Origin: Camelus ferus
Lineage: Eukaryota
DNA length: 64,000 nucleotides
Assembly: GCF_009834535.1 (NCBI RefSeq)
Contig: NC_045697.1
Coordinates: forward strand, 87,236,001-87,300,000
Direction: 5' to 3'
The notes under the pieces are model-generated. The model saw only the letters and a program-made list of their open reading frames with translations, had not been told where the DNA came from and did no database searches. The translations under genes and the position numbers were made by a program. Positions 40,413-55,024 of the stretch are shown here, one piece after another; positions within the stretch are counted from its first letter, which is position 1; each line of letters opens with the position of its first letter.

Positions 40413-42329
40413 CCCTTCATTGTTTCCTCCTTTTATCAGTTCAATCTTTATATTTACCACAACAGTATTGGATGATGTTACTACAAGATGGAGTACGTTT
40501 TGCATCGTCTCAATAACCAGATAATTTATCTGGAGCTAGATAATTGAGTTTGCTTCTTACCCTTTTCTTCAAAATGTAAAAGTCTTCTTAATATGGTGAT
40601 TTTTAGGGTAATCATGAATCTAGCTCTAGGAAAAAAAAATCTTTCTAAAGCAATTTGTTAGAGTTAAATACATTTCACATTAATTTTTCAGAAAGCGTTA
40701 GCTGCATCTAAATTGCGTCTGTTTGTCTCTGTTTCACTAAAGTGATGTGTCTTGCCCTGAATCCCCTTTTGTAGTCTATGCCCTCCTGGGTCTAATAATC
40801 GTTCAAGGTCTTCATGCCAGCTTGACATAAAGAAATCACCTTCCAGTGTGCCTCATTAATTCAAGAAGGTTTCTTTTCACTGTGCTTGAGCTATTATAGC
40901 TAATAAAGAGAAAGACTTAAGTTACTTTTCTGTCTTGCTGATTAATAGTCCTTCTGACATCCTCTCTCGTCGCCCCCACACAGTGAAAACAGAAGGAGCA
41001 GTTACAACCACGTAGGCTCTCTCTGCTCTTCCTACGTGAAGCCTCTTGTGACTGTTTTCCCTAAACTAAAAATCAGGATCAATATATTAGGATCCAGTAT
41101 AGATTGACTCTTTATATGATCAGTCTAACAACATATCTGAGATAAGACCAAAGATCCAAAATGGGACGGCACACCTTTTGGCCAGGTCTCAGGCTCTCTG
41201 TGTCGAGAGAGCAGCTAGCAGCAGTGTTCCTGTCTCAAGGTGAAGCAGGGCACACAGTACTTAGCAGCCTCCTGTAGACATGCCTGCAACCTCCTTGTCC
41301 TGCCTGATCAGAAACTGCCCTTTGAAAACAGGGTGTTATAACCAGCTGGTCTGCTTTTCTTATTGGAGATCTTTGTTCTCTCTCTACTCTTTCTTGTGCA
41401 CTTATCCTTGAAATTCTATACCTATACCCCAGAATTTCAAAGTATTCTTTGCTTACCCAGCCCACTGAAATCAATGCTTTGTCATGAAACCATCATGACA
41501 ACCCCATCCAGAAATGACTTCTCCTTTTGAACTCCTTTATACTGAATTCTGTTTCAGTTGTTTAGCTCTTAGGATATTTCTCCTTGTAGTTATTTTAACA
41601 TGAACAACCAGCCACCTCATGTTTCCCGAAACAAACTATAAAATTCTTTATGACAGAAATCAGGTTTTGTATTTCTTAGAAGTCTAGCAGAGCAACCAGT
41701 TTGTCCACAGAATCAGTGGACATTAATGTTGGATGAATGATAGATTTATGTGTTGATTCCGAGTCATTCTGTGAACAAAATGTCAGTTTTAGCTTTCACT
41801 AAAGTGACAATAGTTTTAAACTCTTTTGTATGTGTTATCTATGTGAGTGCCTAGCTATGGGAACAGTGCTGTAGCAAAAGGACTAGACAAGCAAAAGCAA
41901 TTGATTTGTCTGAAGTCCACAGCAAATAAGTGACAAACTCAGGACTCAGAAACCAAATCTTTCAGCTCCTCCTGAATGACTCTTCATGCCTCTGAGTCAA
42001 CAGAAGAGTCTTTAAAACTTTTATAGTTCCTTTTGACATCTCTGAATCTTTGATAAAGTCTTGCTTACTCTTGTGGACACTGACTTAGCAAACTAAACAG
42101 CAAATATGAAGCATCTTTATATTTTTTATATGTACTTTTCAATATGTAGTTATTGTCTTTAGCTACCTTGATGTCATTTTCACAAAAATGTAAGCCACCT
42201 GAAGTTAGGAACTGGTTTCCTTTATTCATTTACTGTATTTCTCAGGTATTGTGAATAAGACTTTCGGTTTATTCACCGAATAAAGACACATAAAAAACCA
42301 AGTTCTCTGTAGTGTATTTATGTGGCATG

Positions 42330-42790
42330 ATATAATGATGTGCAGAGTACTATAGGAGAAAGAAGAGGAAGTATAACTCATATTAACTGGGACTAAAGGA
42401 GGGGACAGTTGATATGCATCTTAATAGGTGAATAGGAGTTCCCCGAGTAGAGCAGGGCGGGGAAGGGAGCATCCCTGGCATACAGAAAGGCAGGCGCACG
42501 AAAGGACTTAGTGTGCTCCAGGTTCCGCTAAAGGTTGAAATATGGCTAGAAAGAGTCTGCGAGTGGAAGTGGTAGGTGATCAAGCAGGGAAAGTAGGTGT
42601 GAAGGGCCTTGGACATCATCTGAACTTGTTTTTTGCCTTTAAGCAGTGGAGAACCATTAAAGAACTTAATAAGAAATGTTGTGGTCAGATTTGTGTTATT
42701 GAAAGATAGGTGGCATTGGTGTCCAAAGCTACTGCTAGCTAGGCTGTGGAGCACAGTTATGTGAATTAGAAAAAGGTGAAAGATGTCTCA
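42330..42790 (-). mobile_element. LINE-2 relic
   Basis: gggagcatccctggcatacagaa; aagcagtggagaaccattaaaga; ggtcagatttgtgtt. Confidence 0.65.
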
Positions 42791-45709
42791 CTTGGTGACA
42801 GATTTCTACCAGGGCAAAACGCTTGTCAAGCAAAACGAGAACTTTCATGAAAGTTCCTGTTTCATTAAGTCCTTATTCACCCCTTCAGCTCGGGATCCTT
42901 GTATGTACACAGCCTTCCCATTTGTACAGGGCTGACACATTTTTGGCTTATCCACCCTTAAACATCCCTCAGTCAGTGCCTGCTACCACAGTACCTTGTA
43001 TAAAGCTGACATGTATGCATCAGATAAGCAAATTTAGATTTTAATACCAAATAAACTACTTCCTGTGACTTTAAGATTTGCCTCATGAGCTCTTGGACAA
43101 AAATGTTTTGTGAATGGGATTAATGGGGATTATTAAAGATGTCTTTTATACAACATCAGCACATTAAACCTGCCATGAGATGCAGTACCTAATATGAATG
43201 GCTAAAATGGTGAAAATCAGGTGAATTATGTCTTCTGAACCAAATTATCACTTGTAACTGAATATAAGCCCTGACGGCAAGTACCTTATCTCTGCAGCTC
43301 TGTTACATGGCTAAAATGTGGCCACCTTGTAAATGAATCATGATAAAATCCTTCAGCACAAAAGTCAGAATACACTAAAAGCAGATATTTAGACTGTAAC
43401 TTTTAAGCAAGCTCGCCACCCCTCTCCTTCCCCCTTATCGTTTGATAAAAGCCAAGACCTAGACTTCAGTCCCTTCTTGACCGTTTACTACAGTATTAGT
43501 TTGGACAAATTAGTTATCATATCTAGAGCTCAGTTCTCATATTTTAATAAGGGAGTGGGAATATAGTCTTTATGATCCTTACTGGTGCTAAAAATCTGTG
43601 TGATTATATACCTGTCATAGATTAGATTAATTATACAAGGAATCTCTTAGGGGTTGGACCTCCAGGGATATATAACTTGGCTGTTTTCCTTACAGTGCTT
43701 CCAGAGACCTGGCATCTTGGGATCATGGTCAGTGTCTCAGTCCTTGCTACTGTTGCCTAGAGATCCTAATCATGGCAACAGAGGAATGGGAACCTTGAAA
43801 GACTGACAGTTCATAGAATTTGGGTTTTAATAAAATTCTCCTTAGCAAACTTTAACAGTTTTTCACTGAATGGAAATGAAAGTTTTACCTGCTCAGAGAT
43901 TCCCAGCCCAGGGATTTTTCTTCCTGATACCTTTGGTTTTCCTGCTTTTCAGCTTCCTTAGGAACAGCTAGTCGAGTTCAATGTCTATGATTCTGGAAGT
44001 GTTAGGATAAAAAGTCATAAAACAGAAATATGCATCAGCCCACTTTTTTTCTAAACTCTTTGTTAGGAAAGTAAGTTATAATGTATAAAGTTACAGAGAA
44101 ATGTAAACATGCTCTAAATTTCCAAACTTGAACTTCTCCTTAAATTGGCAATAAAAAGAACCTTAATTCAGCTTACCTGAAGGCTATTTTAGATAGGATG
44201 TTTACACCAAAGCAAATCATCCTCCAGAACACCTTGTGCTGCCATTCCTATAGTACTGACTCCTTGCCAGGTGTTTAAAACTGCTGTCAGATTACAAGAA
44301 GCATTAGTTAGAAAGGAGATGGATGTTGAATGAAAGGCTGGCTGGCAGCAAACTTAGTGTAGCATTTTATAACCAAAAGTATTAAGTACTGAGGCCCCTT
44401 TATAAAGGGAAGCAATATATCAAGGCAACAAGTTCATCAATACCTACCTGATAATCTAGTCCCCAAGCCTGGTGTCCAGGCTAAATGTGTATCTGTTAAA
44501 AATTACTCAGTCCAGTAGTAATGCTGATTTGAGCATTTTAACCTTCCACTTTGTTTCTCTTCTTCCAAATTCTTAGTCTTTCTGTTGACTCATGCAGATT
44601 CTCCAGAATTTTTGCACAAACATTTCATATGTGCTTCTTCGTCATCAAAAGAATGATCAAACTGGGGGGATTCTACCAACTTGAGAGGCTCGTGACTTTA
44701 AAAAGACGTGTAAAGCACACTATTAATTCTGTATAGATACTAGTAGAGCTGGATATTAATGTCTGGTTATTTGAGGTGAAGTTAGGCTAATTTTTAATAA
44801 TAGTCTTAATTGATCTATCTATAAAAAGTATGCCACTGATACAAGTGAAAACTGTTTCTTCTTTTAAGAACAGTTTGTAAGGTCTCCACTTAATAGATCT
44901 TTTGTCTAGAATAGAGGAGATGATTCACATAAGTGCATATGTATACTTGTCCTAGTACACATAGCAAGTGGTCAATAAATCATTTTTGTTGTGTTTTTAT
45001 ATATCAGCCAATCCAATTTAATTGATCTCTAATATAAAAATTTTACATTTTGCTTAATTTTTCTATATTTTTTGTCTTAGATTTTAGGAATACTCATGAG
45101 TAGGTCATGTTTTTAGTTTTGATGATGTATTCTTTCAATTCAAACTATATTTCATAGTTACATGCAGTATTGATTTCAGCTGTTTACATTTATAAACATC
45201 TGTAATCTCTATTTCTTTTTAAAGATGTATACTATTTTTTTTGTTACTTTCAGGTGTGTAAAGCTGATGTTTCTTTACAAACTATCTCCATAATACCCAT
45301 ATTTTAGTATATTTATTAAGGTAATTTCTAGTTCCTTGTGTACAACTTAATTTTTTTAATATAAGTTTTGTTTAATTAAAAAGAAAAAAATAGTGAACTT
45401 AGCATTTCTAGTAGAATGATTAGTTAGGAAATAAGCATAGCTAATTACTGTGCCCTTTCATTGTAGGTTGGGATTGAACTCAGGTGTTTAGGTAAGACCC
45501 AGAAATCTAACACTAAGGGCAGAAGCACCACATGTTTGTCATTCAGTGCTCGATGGTGACGTAGGAATGCTCTCATTTGTCATCCCCAGATGACAGTAAT
45601 TCTGAGTTCTCAAAGGTTTCACTGTATTAAAATGTTACTAAAAGTCTATAAAATTCATTGTTTAGTGTTGCAAGGCAGTCATTAAATTATTCTTAAATAT
45701 AATCTCTAC

Positions 45710-45782
45710 TATATTTTAGATATTTAAAAACCGAATCTTAACCTCTGGTATATTTTAGATATTTAAAAATAGAATCTAACCT
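45710..45782. repeat. Tandem duplication, period 39
   Basis: TATATTTTAGATATTTAAAAA..GAATCT(T)AACCT starts at 45710 and again at 45749. Confidence 0.9.
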
Positions 45783-46989
45783 TGCCTTAGGCTTCAAAGG
45801 AAAGTCAAAAGAATTAATATTTGCAGGGCTGTCTTTTGTTTATGTTTTTAACCTTGAAGTATTATTTCTGGTATGCTTTAATAATAGCTAGCTCCATTTT
45901 TACTATTAAAATCTGGAAAATGGGTTTTGCTTTTATATTTGTAGGAAAGTTCCCTTCTTCATTTAGAAGCCAAAAAAAAAAAAATTAGATATAATACATA
46001 TGCCACTTTTATCATTGTGGAAGTTCCAAATCATAAATTAGTCCTTTTCTCTTTTTCTTCAGAATTAAAGAAAAATTACTTAAACTCTTTGGCATTCGGA
46101 CAAGACCTTCTTTCAGTGGTAGCAAAAGTAGCCCCTTGGCATATTTTTATTCACTTCAAAAGAATCCTTAAGGAGTGACTTTCTATTTAAAAGCAAGAAT
46201 TGTATTTAGTTTGCCTAGTATTAACTTCTTGCCAGAATTCTTAAAAATATTAAAGGTCAAACACACTGAACAATAGTAGTCCCAGCATTTTTTTTTCTTT
46301 CTTTCTATCATAAAGCTGGGTCAGAACTGGAGATTAGGAAGGAGATGAATCCAAAAGTTGTCAATTCAAAGTGAAATTTCTTTTTATACAACTGAATTGG
46401 TCATAATGGGCATGAAATATGTATACATGCACAGCTTTACAAATCCTGTCTGCCATTTCATTTATGGCTTCCTTACAGTTTAATAAAAGACATTCATGCT
46501 ATGCGATTAATATTGTATACATGCTATGTACAGCACATCAAAAACCTTTTGCTGTGTCTGGTTTTTTTTTTTTTTTTGAATCCTATAGGGATAGTTTCAT
46601 GAATAAATTATACCCTCATTGCTTTTAAATTAGATTTTTAACTTTTACAGGTGTTTAAAGAATCACTTGACTTGCTGCCTGAACCATCTACATCTAGAAA
46701 CTTTGTTTAAATATAGCTTAATATAGCTGATGCCTTACAAGCTCACCACCTGTGAAAACTGTATGTTTTCTACAGTAGATTATACTTTTGATGATCAATT
46801 CACATTTATAGTCATATAACAGTCAAAATATAGAATACAGTGAAAGTGAATATTGCTCCCATTTTATGTGCTTCACAGAGAAAGCCACAGGCTGAGTAAA
46901 AAAAAGAGAGAGATCTTAGTGCCTAATAAGTTTGACGTTTTCTTTCTTCTTTTTCCTAATAGTAATTGCTTATAATTTTTTAAAGAGTC

Positions 46990-47125
46990 TGCTGTGGCTG
47001 AATTCTGTCCCTGTGAAATTCATATGTTGAGACCCTAGACCCCATCATGACTGTATTTGGAGATAGAGCCTGTAAGGAAAAGAGGTAACCAGGGTTAAGG
47101 GAAGTGATATGGGTGATTTCAGCCT
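46990..47125 (+). mobile_element. MaLR LTR 5' fragment (MLT1A/B-like)
   Basis: tgctgtggctgaattctgtccc...aaattcatatgttga..ccta.acccc...tgactgtatttggagatagagcct. Confidence 0.8.
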
Positions 47126-47619
47126 GAATTGTCTTTGAGAATTGGATGAGTATAGGCAAAACATTTACTGTAAGTTGCCTTTTGAGAATTCAGAATGTAC
47201 TTATTCCTGGAAGCAGTGCTTCTCTGATGGGTAGTTTCCAAGCTAGTCCCCTGAAGTGTATTACACCCTAGTGTATGGTAACCTAACAGTAGTAGACACA
47301 AGTCTTAGGTCCTGGAAGCAGGAGAGCATGCACTATTAGAACCTACCAGAGGGGAAAGGAGGGTTTTTTCCTAGGCGCAGGGCCAGTCGTATGCAGGATT
47401 AGATTAAACAAAGTTTGTCTTCACTTTATCTCTGTATAACTTTTCACCTTTCCTCTTCCGAGTCCCCTGCCCCACTTCCAGCATCTTTTAGACCTCCTTT
47501 TCTGAGTGCTTTTTTTTTTCCAGTCTCAATCAGTTGGTTAGAAGACAACTGATTATAAACTCACTATATAATGCCAAATAATCAAGATCATTCCCAGAGG
47601 TATCTGCATCTTTTTTAAA

Positions 47620-47950
47620 TTTGTTTATCTGTTTGTTCGAGGACATGTTGATTGCTTACAAGTTTAATATATAAAGCTTGAGTAAAGCTTTTATAAACAT
47701 AAGTGCAAGTCTTGTTTGTGGACTTAAGACTTCATCTTCTTTGGTGAGCTGTCTGTTCAGATCTTTTGCCCATTTTTAATTGGGTTGTTTTCTAATTTTT
47801 AGATTTTAAGAGTTCTTTGTATGTTTTGGATACCACTCCTTTATCAGATTTGTGTTGTCTAAAGATTTTTTCCATAGTTTGTGGCTCATCTTTTTGCTCT
47901 CTAAATGTTGTCTTTTGTAGAACAGAAATTTTAATTGTAATGAATTATTG
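47620..47950 (-). mobile_element. Old LINE-1 ORF2 3' fragment
   Basis: tgtctgttcagatcttttgcccatttttaattgggttgttt...agttctttgtatgttttggatacc..tcctttatcaga. Confidence 0.8.
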
Positions 47951-50849
47951 ATTTTTCTCTTTCAAAGTATCAATAAGGTATTAAATGTATTCTTTCTGTA
48001 AAAAAAGCTACTTTGAATCAATTTATGCTTTGTAAATGTTTATAGATAAAAACCACCACATTTGCTTAATAGCTGACTTTTGTCCTCAAAATTGTGATTT
48101 AACTTGGGCACATGCAGTGTTTTATATGTAGATCATACGTTACACAGTGGCACTACGATATGGCCATGTGTTAATCATGTGAACCACCTTGTCTTTAAAG
48201 CCGTATGCCTTGCTTTTCCTGCTTCTTATCAACTGCAGAGCTGCTGTTGTCTCCCTTGTTTTAAAGGTTACATCTGCCCCACCCCTGAAATGGGGATAAA
48301 CTATCTTATTAGATGAGAAAAACAAGGATATTTAGGAACATTTTGTTGTCTAGGTACAGCTTCATATACAGCTGTTTGTTTGAGTCTTTTGTACCCACTC
48401 AGTTTAGACATAAGTTCTTCCAGAAAGCCATTTCTAACCTCCAGCCGGGATTATATAATTTTACTAGTATCCCATAACACCTTGCACGTTTCCCTTTCAT
48501 ATCGAGATTTTTGGGTTTGTGGTTTTTAAAAACAAAAAACAAAATGTCGAGGCAGGATCAGTAAAAGTAGCTGTAGTTGGTTTTGAGAATCTTGACATCA
48601 TGAGTTAGGATCCAGCCAGACCAGGTAGTTTAAGCTAAAATGAGTTCCTCAATTTAGCACTAGGTCAAGATGGGGAAAGTTGTTAAAAGTATCTTAACAC
48701 ATACAGTGTAATAAAGCTCTAGCAGATTTTATTGACATATCTTTATATGTTTCTATGTAATAGTTTCTGATGATTTGTCATTCCTCCAGTATGGCTATGG
48801 TAAATATTTTGGTTACTTTGGAATCTAAACCACATGTCTTGATGCTATTATCTCATACTTTCTGTGTCCACAAGTCCTCTTTTCATTTCAGGGCTATTAT
48901 TGCAAAGTCGTGGAATGTGTGCTTCCTCAACATAGCCTTTAACAGCAAAGCTCTTAAAAACTAATTTCCAAAAAGGGCTTTAATTCTCCAGTTTGCTCAC
49001 CAGAATGCGCATTATGCCTGTGTGGGACTACAGCTCCATTCAGACTGAAACCCTATGTCTGTGCTCTCTTTGGTGGCCACATCCTCCCTTCAGGCCTGCA
49101 TTCATCTGAATACCGTGGCACAAGGAAAGGTGATTCCATACCTTTCAGCAAAGGATTTCTTTCATGGGCTCTAAACTGAAGTCACACCCACCTGTTTTAC
49201 AGAAAGGTGCAGAGGATATGACTTGCAGTGTGCCACCGTTAAGTATGGCCCCTGAATCAGTGTCCAGCTACTTTGTCTAGGCACTTCTGATTTCTGTTAC
49301 GTGCGCCACAGGAACTCACTCAACACACTGTATGGTACCCTGGTCATTTCCAACAGCTGAACTGTAAGCTTCCCCAAGATAGGATCTGTGTCACGTCTTT
49401 GTATCCCCAGAACTTAAGCATTTAAGATATGCTTCATAATTTGTTAATAAAAGAATAAGTGACTAGATGGAAAATGAAGCGCCTCATAGATCTGGATACT
49501 GTGGACTTTATACTGACTCTCATCTCACTTTCAGAAAATAGCCATTATTTACACGTACACACACGTTTGTAAAAAACGGTAAAACCAGCAACTCATTATA
49601 TGCTTTCTGGTGATTTTTATATACTTTATGGTAAATTAACATAATAACCTATCTTAACAGAGCAGTGGAAAAAGATTAGTGGAAAAGTATTTCATCATGC
49701 AAAGGCATATTGGAAAAGCTGTTAAGAGTAACTAAAATGTAAGCACTTAGTGTCTCTTAGCCACTGTTCTTACTTAAGACTTTATAAGCATCATCTCATT
49801 TGTGTCTTCCAGCAACCCTCTCAGATAGGTACTACCTTGTACCCTTGATTCTAAGATGCCATCAATTATAAGAGACACCATTAAATTAATAATAGCTTTG
49901 CAGTAACTGTGTTGAAGGCATGGAGACTGCCACTTAAATGTTCACATCTATTTTATGACAGATACTAATTTTAAATGTTTAACATTTAGAAAAGCATATG
50001 TTAGTAACATCCTTAAGTGCTTTAGAAATTGAGGTCCAGGCCACAAGATCCGGCATGCTGGCATGGTTCTACACGCAGGTGGCTCTGCATGTTGAGACTG
50101 AGTTCTGAGACACAGAATTGTTGAACCTGTAGGGTGACCTGTAGAAACTGAATATCGTTAAACAAATTTATGAAACTTCTCATTAAGCATGCTAACCTGA
50201 ACAAACTCATTTACGTCTAGTCCCTTCTGAATCCTTACTAAAATGAAAGTAAAGAATAAGAATTGTATAAACCAGGCATGACAGAGAAAATAAGGAAGAT
50301 GACAGCCAATGAAAAATTTAAGTAAAACTGTTGAAGCTGGATGATAAATGAGCAGGTTAAGAGAATGCTGAAACCTGTAGGCAAGAGAAACAAATAAGCA
50401 GCTGATTTCCACAACAGAACTCAAGACTCAGGAAAGGAATTAGAATGCAGAGCTGTAGAAAAAGGGAAAGGGCTGTTGTAGGTCTTTACAAAGAGGAGGT
50501 AGGTTCTTAGATTGTTTTCCGGGCTCCTACCAGACCAGAGATGACCCCCAGCAATAAATTGAAGCTTTATTTTCAGAAAAATTGAGCTAAAGAGGTTCTG
50601 GACATTAAGATACCAATTCCATCTGAAGATGGGGGAGTGGTGACATGTCAAACCAAGAAACAGGGTATTGAGGGAAGATCTGTGTACTTCATGCGGAGAC
50701 ATCCAAGGCCCTGCCCTTGCTCTGCTCCTGCTGTGCTGGCAGCCAGACAGAATATTGGAACTCTGCTCTCTAGAGAAACTGAAGATTAGTCTAAGAAAAC
50801 AGCTCTACAGATACTTACAGGTAGGGAAGTAACAGTAGTGAAGTCATGA

Positions 50850-51850
50850 CCGGCTGTTAAGCTTCACTCATGCACTCAGAGTTTCCAAGTGGAATTTTAG
50901 TTTCTCATTCCTAAATATGAATGGAAAGCTGGGCAACACTAATATTTGAATAAAGCTTCTAATATGAAAGACACTCTAAAACAAATACAGGGAAATAGAG
51001 ATAGTGAGGGAGCAGATGAAAAAAGAGATAAGAAAAAGATACTACAACCATGAAACAAGCAACAGGAGTTCTAAAAAAGAACATTTAATTGTTCCTTAAT
51101 TAAAAATTTAAAATGTTCAGGTAGAAGAAGTTTTAAATGCAGTAGGGGAGGGTATAGCTCCGTGATAGAGCACATGCTTAGTTAGCATGCATGAGGTCCT
51201 GGGTTCAATCCCCACTACCTCCATTTAAATAAATAAATAAGTAAATCTAATTCCTCCCCCTACACACAAATTAAAGAAAAAAGTAAACTGCTAAATGCAG
51301 TAGAAACATTGGAAGAAAAAGTTAAGTAAGTCTCCCAGAAAACAAAACAAAAGGACAAGGAGACAAGAATTGGAGAAATTGAGACATGACTAATATGGGG
51401 TCTCAGGAAAAGCAAACAAATCAGAGGAAAGAAAACTATCAAAATTTCTTTCCACAAATTGAGGAACATAAGTTTCTAGATGGCAATGCTGTACTAAGCG
51501 TCAGGTCCCAAGCCATCACATACAAAGGATGAAGAATTTGGATTGCCGCACGATTCTCTGCAGCAACAGTAGACGCCACGGGAGAGGAGATTTCTGAGGG
51601 GAAATAATTTCCAACCTAGAGTTCTATATCCAAACTGTAAAACCAAATGTGAAGGTGAAATAAATACATTTCAGACATGCAAGGTCTAAAACAAATTTAT
51701 CTCCATGCACCTCTTTTTAGGAAACTAATGGTGGATGTGTTCCACCAAAAACAGGGAAAAGACATGGGGTCCAGGAAGCAAGCAGCAACATACGAGAGTG
51801 GGGAAGGGAATGCCCAGGGAGATGTTGAACAGAAGTTCCAGAGAAAAAAT
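50850..51850 (+). mobile_element. HAL1-like (ORF1-type) ancient retroelement containing a nested SINE
   Basis: ttctctgcagcaaca; aatttccaacctagagttctatatcca; tttcagacatgcaaggtct; ggatgtgttccaccaaaa...aaaagacatggggtccaggaa. Confidence 0.65.
51146..51291 (+). mobile_element. tRNA-derived SINE (Vic-1-like)
   Basis: GGGAGGGTATAGCTCCGTGATAGAGC...GGGTTCAATCCC, (TAAA)n, A-rich tail. 12-bp TSD TAAATGCAGTAG (51134-51145 and 51292-51303). Confidence 0.92.
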
Positions 51851-54164
51851 TTTTAAGCTTCTCTACATAAGCTGACAAGGAAAAGTCATTCTTTCCAGGT
51901 TGTCACTATTTGTCTGACTTTGCTTTTCAATTGAGAATAAATAATAAGAAAGACTAGTAGGCAAAGATTACATTAGTAGTTATACTTGGAAATGATAAAA
52001 GCAAAACATTATCTCAAAAAATTATCTTGTTCTTTCCACCTCTTCATTCCAATCCAGAGCTGTTTCTCTATAAAAAACTTTATTTCAGAATTCAATGTTA
52101 ATCTTTTCTATCACTTTTGAATCTAAAGAAGAGTAATTTCCAAAAGATTTTAGTAGCAGAACCTTTTCCCCTCCCTCAAATAAAACCTTCTGGAGGAAGA
52201 CCATTATATGAAAGAGATAAGAATGAATCTGCTTTGGTTGGGGTCTGTCCCACCTATATACCTTTCCCTCCTACTCCTGCTGTGACCTCTGAGGCACCTT
52301 GGAGACTGCAGAGCAGTTTAAAAACTATTTTGCTAACTAAAAAAGCTACTGAACACATGGCTTATTTCATTCTTATTTCTTAGAATTATAACCTGAGTAC
52401 TTATTATTTTCATGAACTCAAGAAGCAGAACATTGTTACAAGGCTGTGTACCTGTGTGTGTATGAAATGCACACTAAAATTGCATCTTGACAGATTTGTA
52501 CCTGATTGTAACAGTCTCATTTTTAATGAAACATCTTTGCTTCAGTTTAAAATAAAAATTCCAATTTTTGCATTCCTGACATTTTCAAGTTTGAAATGAC
52601 TAACTCATATTCCTTTTCCTTTGTAAGCATGAGCTGAGGCAAACATTGAGCCTCCAGATAGCACTGCATTTGGGAGGGGAGGGGCCTGCGTCTCAGGTGC
52701 TCCTAATACTGTCCTTTCTTTTTCCCGTGTCACCTCTGTGAAAGAAACTGTTGACAGATTTATAGTTTTAAATAGCTTTCCAGATACAATCTTCTCTGGT
52801 AAATAAAACTAAAAGGTGAGGATAAAGAATAAAAACAGAAAACTTAATGCTATGAGAATTTGAGTTTTTGTATAGTGTAGTCATTATGGGATGTCTTCCA
52901 CATTGGAATTGAACCTGCCTGCTTACCATGAAAATGTAAAATACAAAATAGTAGAGCCTGGCAATAACTTTTCAATCAAAAAAATGATTTATCATTGATG
53001 AGTGTTTTAAAATGCCAACTTTATTGTCTTTATTACCTGTATATCTTCTAGGGGAAAGGTAGTCCCTAACCAAACATTTTGAGAACTGATTAATGTTTAA
53101 TGTTTATTTGTAAGGCTTAGAAAGATAATGAAGAAATAGCTATAAATCTTGCATGCTTTGTGCGTCAAAGAATTTAGGTTCATGTTGTGTTCCCACTCAC
53201 CTATTCCTTTTAGGTTCTTCAACTAAATAATGCAGAAATATAGCTTATGAAATTGAAAGAGGAAAAGAATATATTTAAAACTCCAACCTTTTATATCCCT
53301 ACCTGTAATTTTGAGAATTAAAACCTTGAGCAAGTACATATCTTGGCAGGCAAATTATTTTAATCTGAAGCATGATCAAAGTACAATTAGAAGAACACTG
53401 AATCACAGCGAGAGATACTATTATCTTCTTATGCTCAACCTAAAAAGCAGATGCACAGATTACCATTTCAACTCAGAGAACGTTTTTATTTTGAAAACCA
53501 TGAAAAGTAAGTTTCACATGAAAGTTAACAGAACAGTCCATCACTTTTATCCCTTAGTCATTCTCTAAGGATCATTTTTGTGACACCTGTAAAGAAGCAG
53601 TACCACGAAGTGATGTCCACAGAGGTAATAAAATGTACCCAGATTTAGCATGATTGATGAGATCCTTGTAGTCTACTGAGGTGCAGTACTGGAGAGTGAC
53701 TAGCACTCCAGAAAAGCCCCTCACTTAGGAGCTACCTTCAAGACTAAAGCATTACTTAGACATACCTGTAAGGAAAATTGTGTCTTCCTAACTTGGCAGA
53801 AAATAATAGTTGGAATGGCTCTGAGGATGTTCTTCAGTTCATTGTCTTCTGGTCTTCTACTTGTAGAAACAGTTAAAATTATCCATCTATTGGTATTTTT
53901 CTTCTGTTTTAATTGAATGAGGATCCTTTTGTTATCAAGAGTTGACAGCACTCGTGAATTCCTGCCAGCAGGAACACAGCAGTGCACCGCTCTGGAAGTC
54001 CATGTGAATATCACCCCTTGACTTAGGGCTCAGTCACCGTGGCCTTATTTGGTGGCTTTGCCTACCAGTCTCATTTTATATAGCTTTTCATTCAAGGTTC
54101 ATGAAAAGTTTCATGGCTTGAAGAATATCCTGATTCCTGATCCCTGTGGGTTAAGCTGGCCTCC

Positions 54165-54280
54165 TTTTTTTATATTTATATAATTTTTTTAAACTTTTTT
54201 TTTAATGGAGGTACTAGGAATTAAACTCAAGACCTCATATGTGCTAAGCATGTGCCCTGCCACTAAGCTATACCCACCCC
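54165..54280 (-). mobile_element. tRNA-derived SINE (Vic-1-like)
   Basis: On minus: GGGGTGGGTATAGCTTAGTGGCAG...GAGTTTAATTCC. TSD-like gtgg(g)ttaagctg on both flanks. Confidence 0.88.
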
Positions 54281-55024
54281 GTGGTTAAGCTGTCTTATTT
54301 TCCTTTGTTTCTAGCTGGCTTACCCACTCGTGAGAACAAAGTTCCCTGGGTACTTGAGACTCATTTCATTTGATGGAACTATGATGCCCATACATTTGAA
54401 TAAATTTAACCTTTCATTTGCCATTTGTAACTTATACTGAAGTCTTTCTGGTCCTACAATTAAAATTCTGCCATGAGTGTGCTTCTTAATATGACAGTGG
54501 TTTTTTTCATGGCCCAAAATGATATTGATAATTTTGGTTTGCTTATTGGAACATCAGTCTGATTTACCTATACTAATTTTGAAAGGTTAAAATAATCAGT
54601 ATTTCATATGCTAAGAATCACGATGACATTAACAGTAATGCATTATAGTACATAGTGAAATCCTTTGAGATATTGGCAAGAATGATCTTTCCTATCAACT
54701 TATAAATGCTTCCACCAGTTAGCGAAGATACTGCAAAATTTCATCACTTAGTCTTGATACTCAGATAATACCAGTAGTCAGGGTGACATCGTTGAGCTTC
54801 TGTCTGTTAGAAAATGTTTTGCTTTTTGCTTTCAAAGATAACTGATGACAGATAACTCATTCTTTATTTGTATAGCTATAATGAAAATACCACTGTGAGT
54901 TTAGCACACACACACAAAGTCCATCTTTAGGGTTTTGCCGTGTATTTGCAAAACTTGGTTATACACAACTATGTCTCAAACCTATAAACTTCCACTCCTC
55001 ATTCCTTTATGCTGGTTACTTTTT

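Noticed and set aside
51146..51225. tRNA gene (also about 30910-30982 and 54205-54280)
   Set aside because: A and B boxes are followed by SINE body, A-rich tail and TSDs, so these are tRNA-derived SINE heads.
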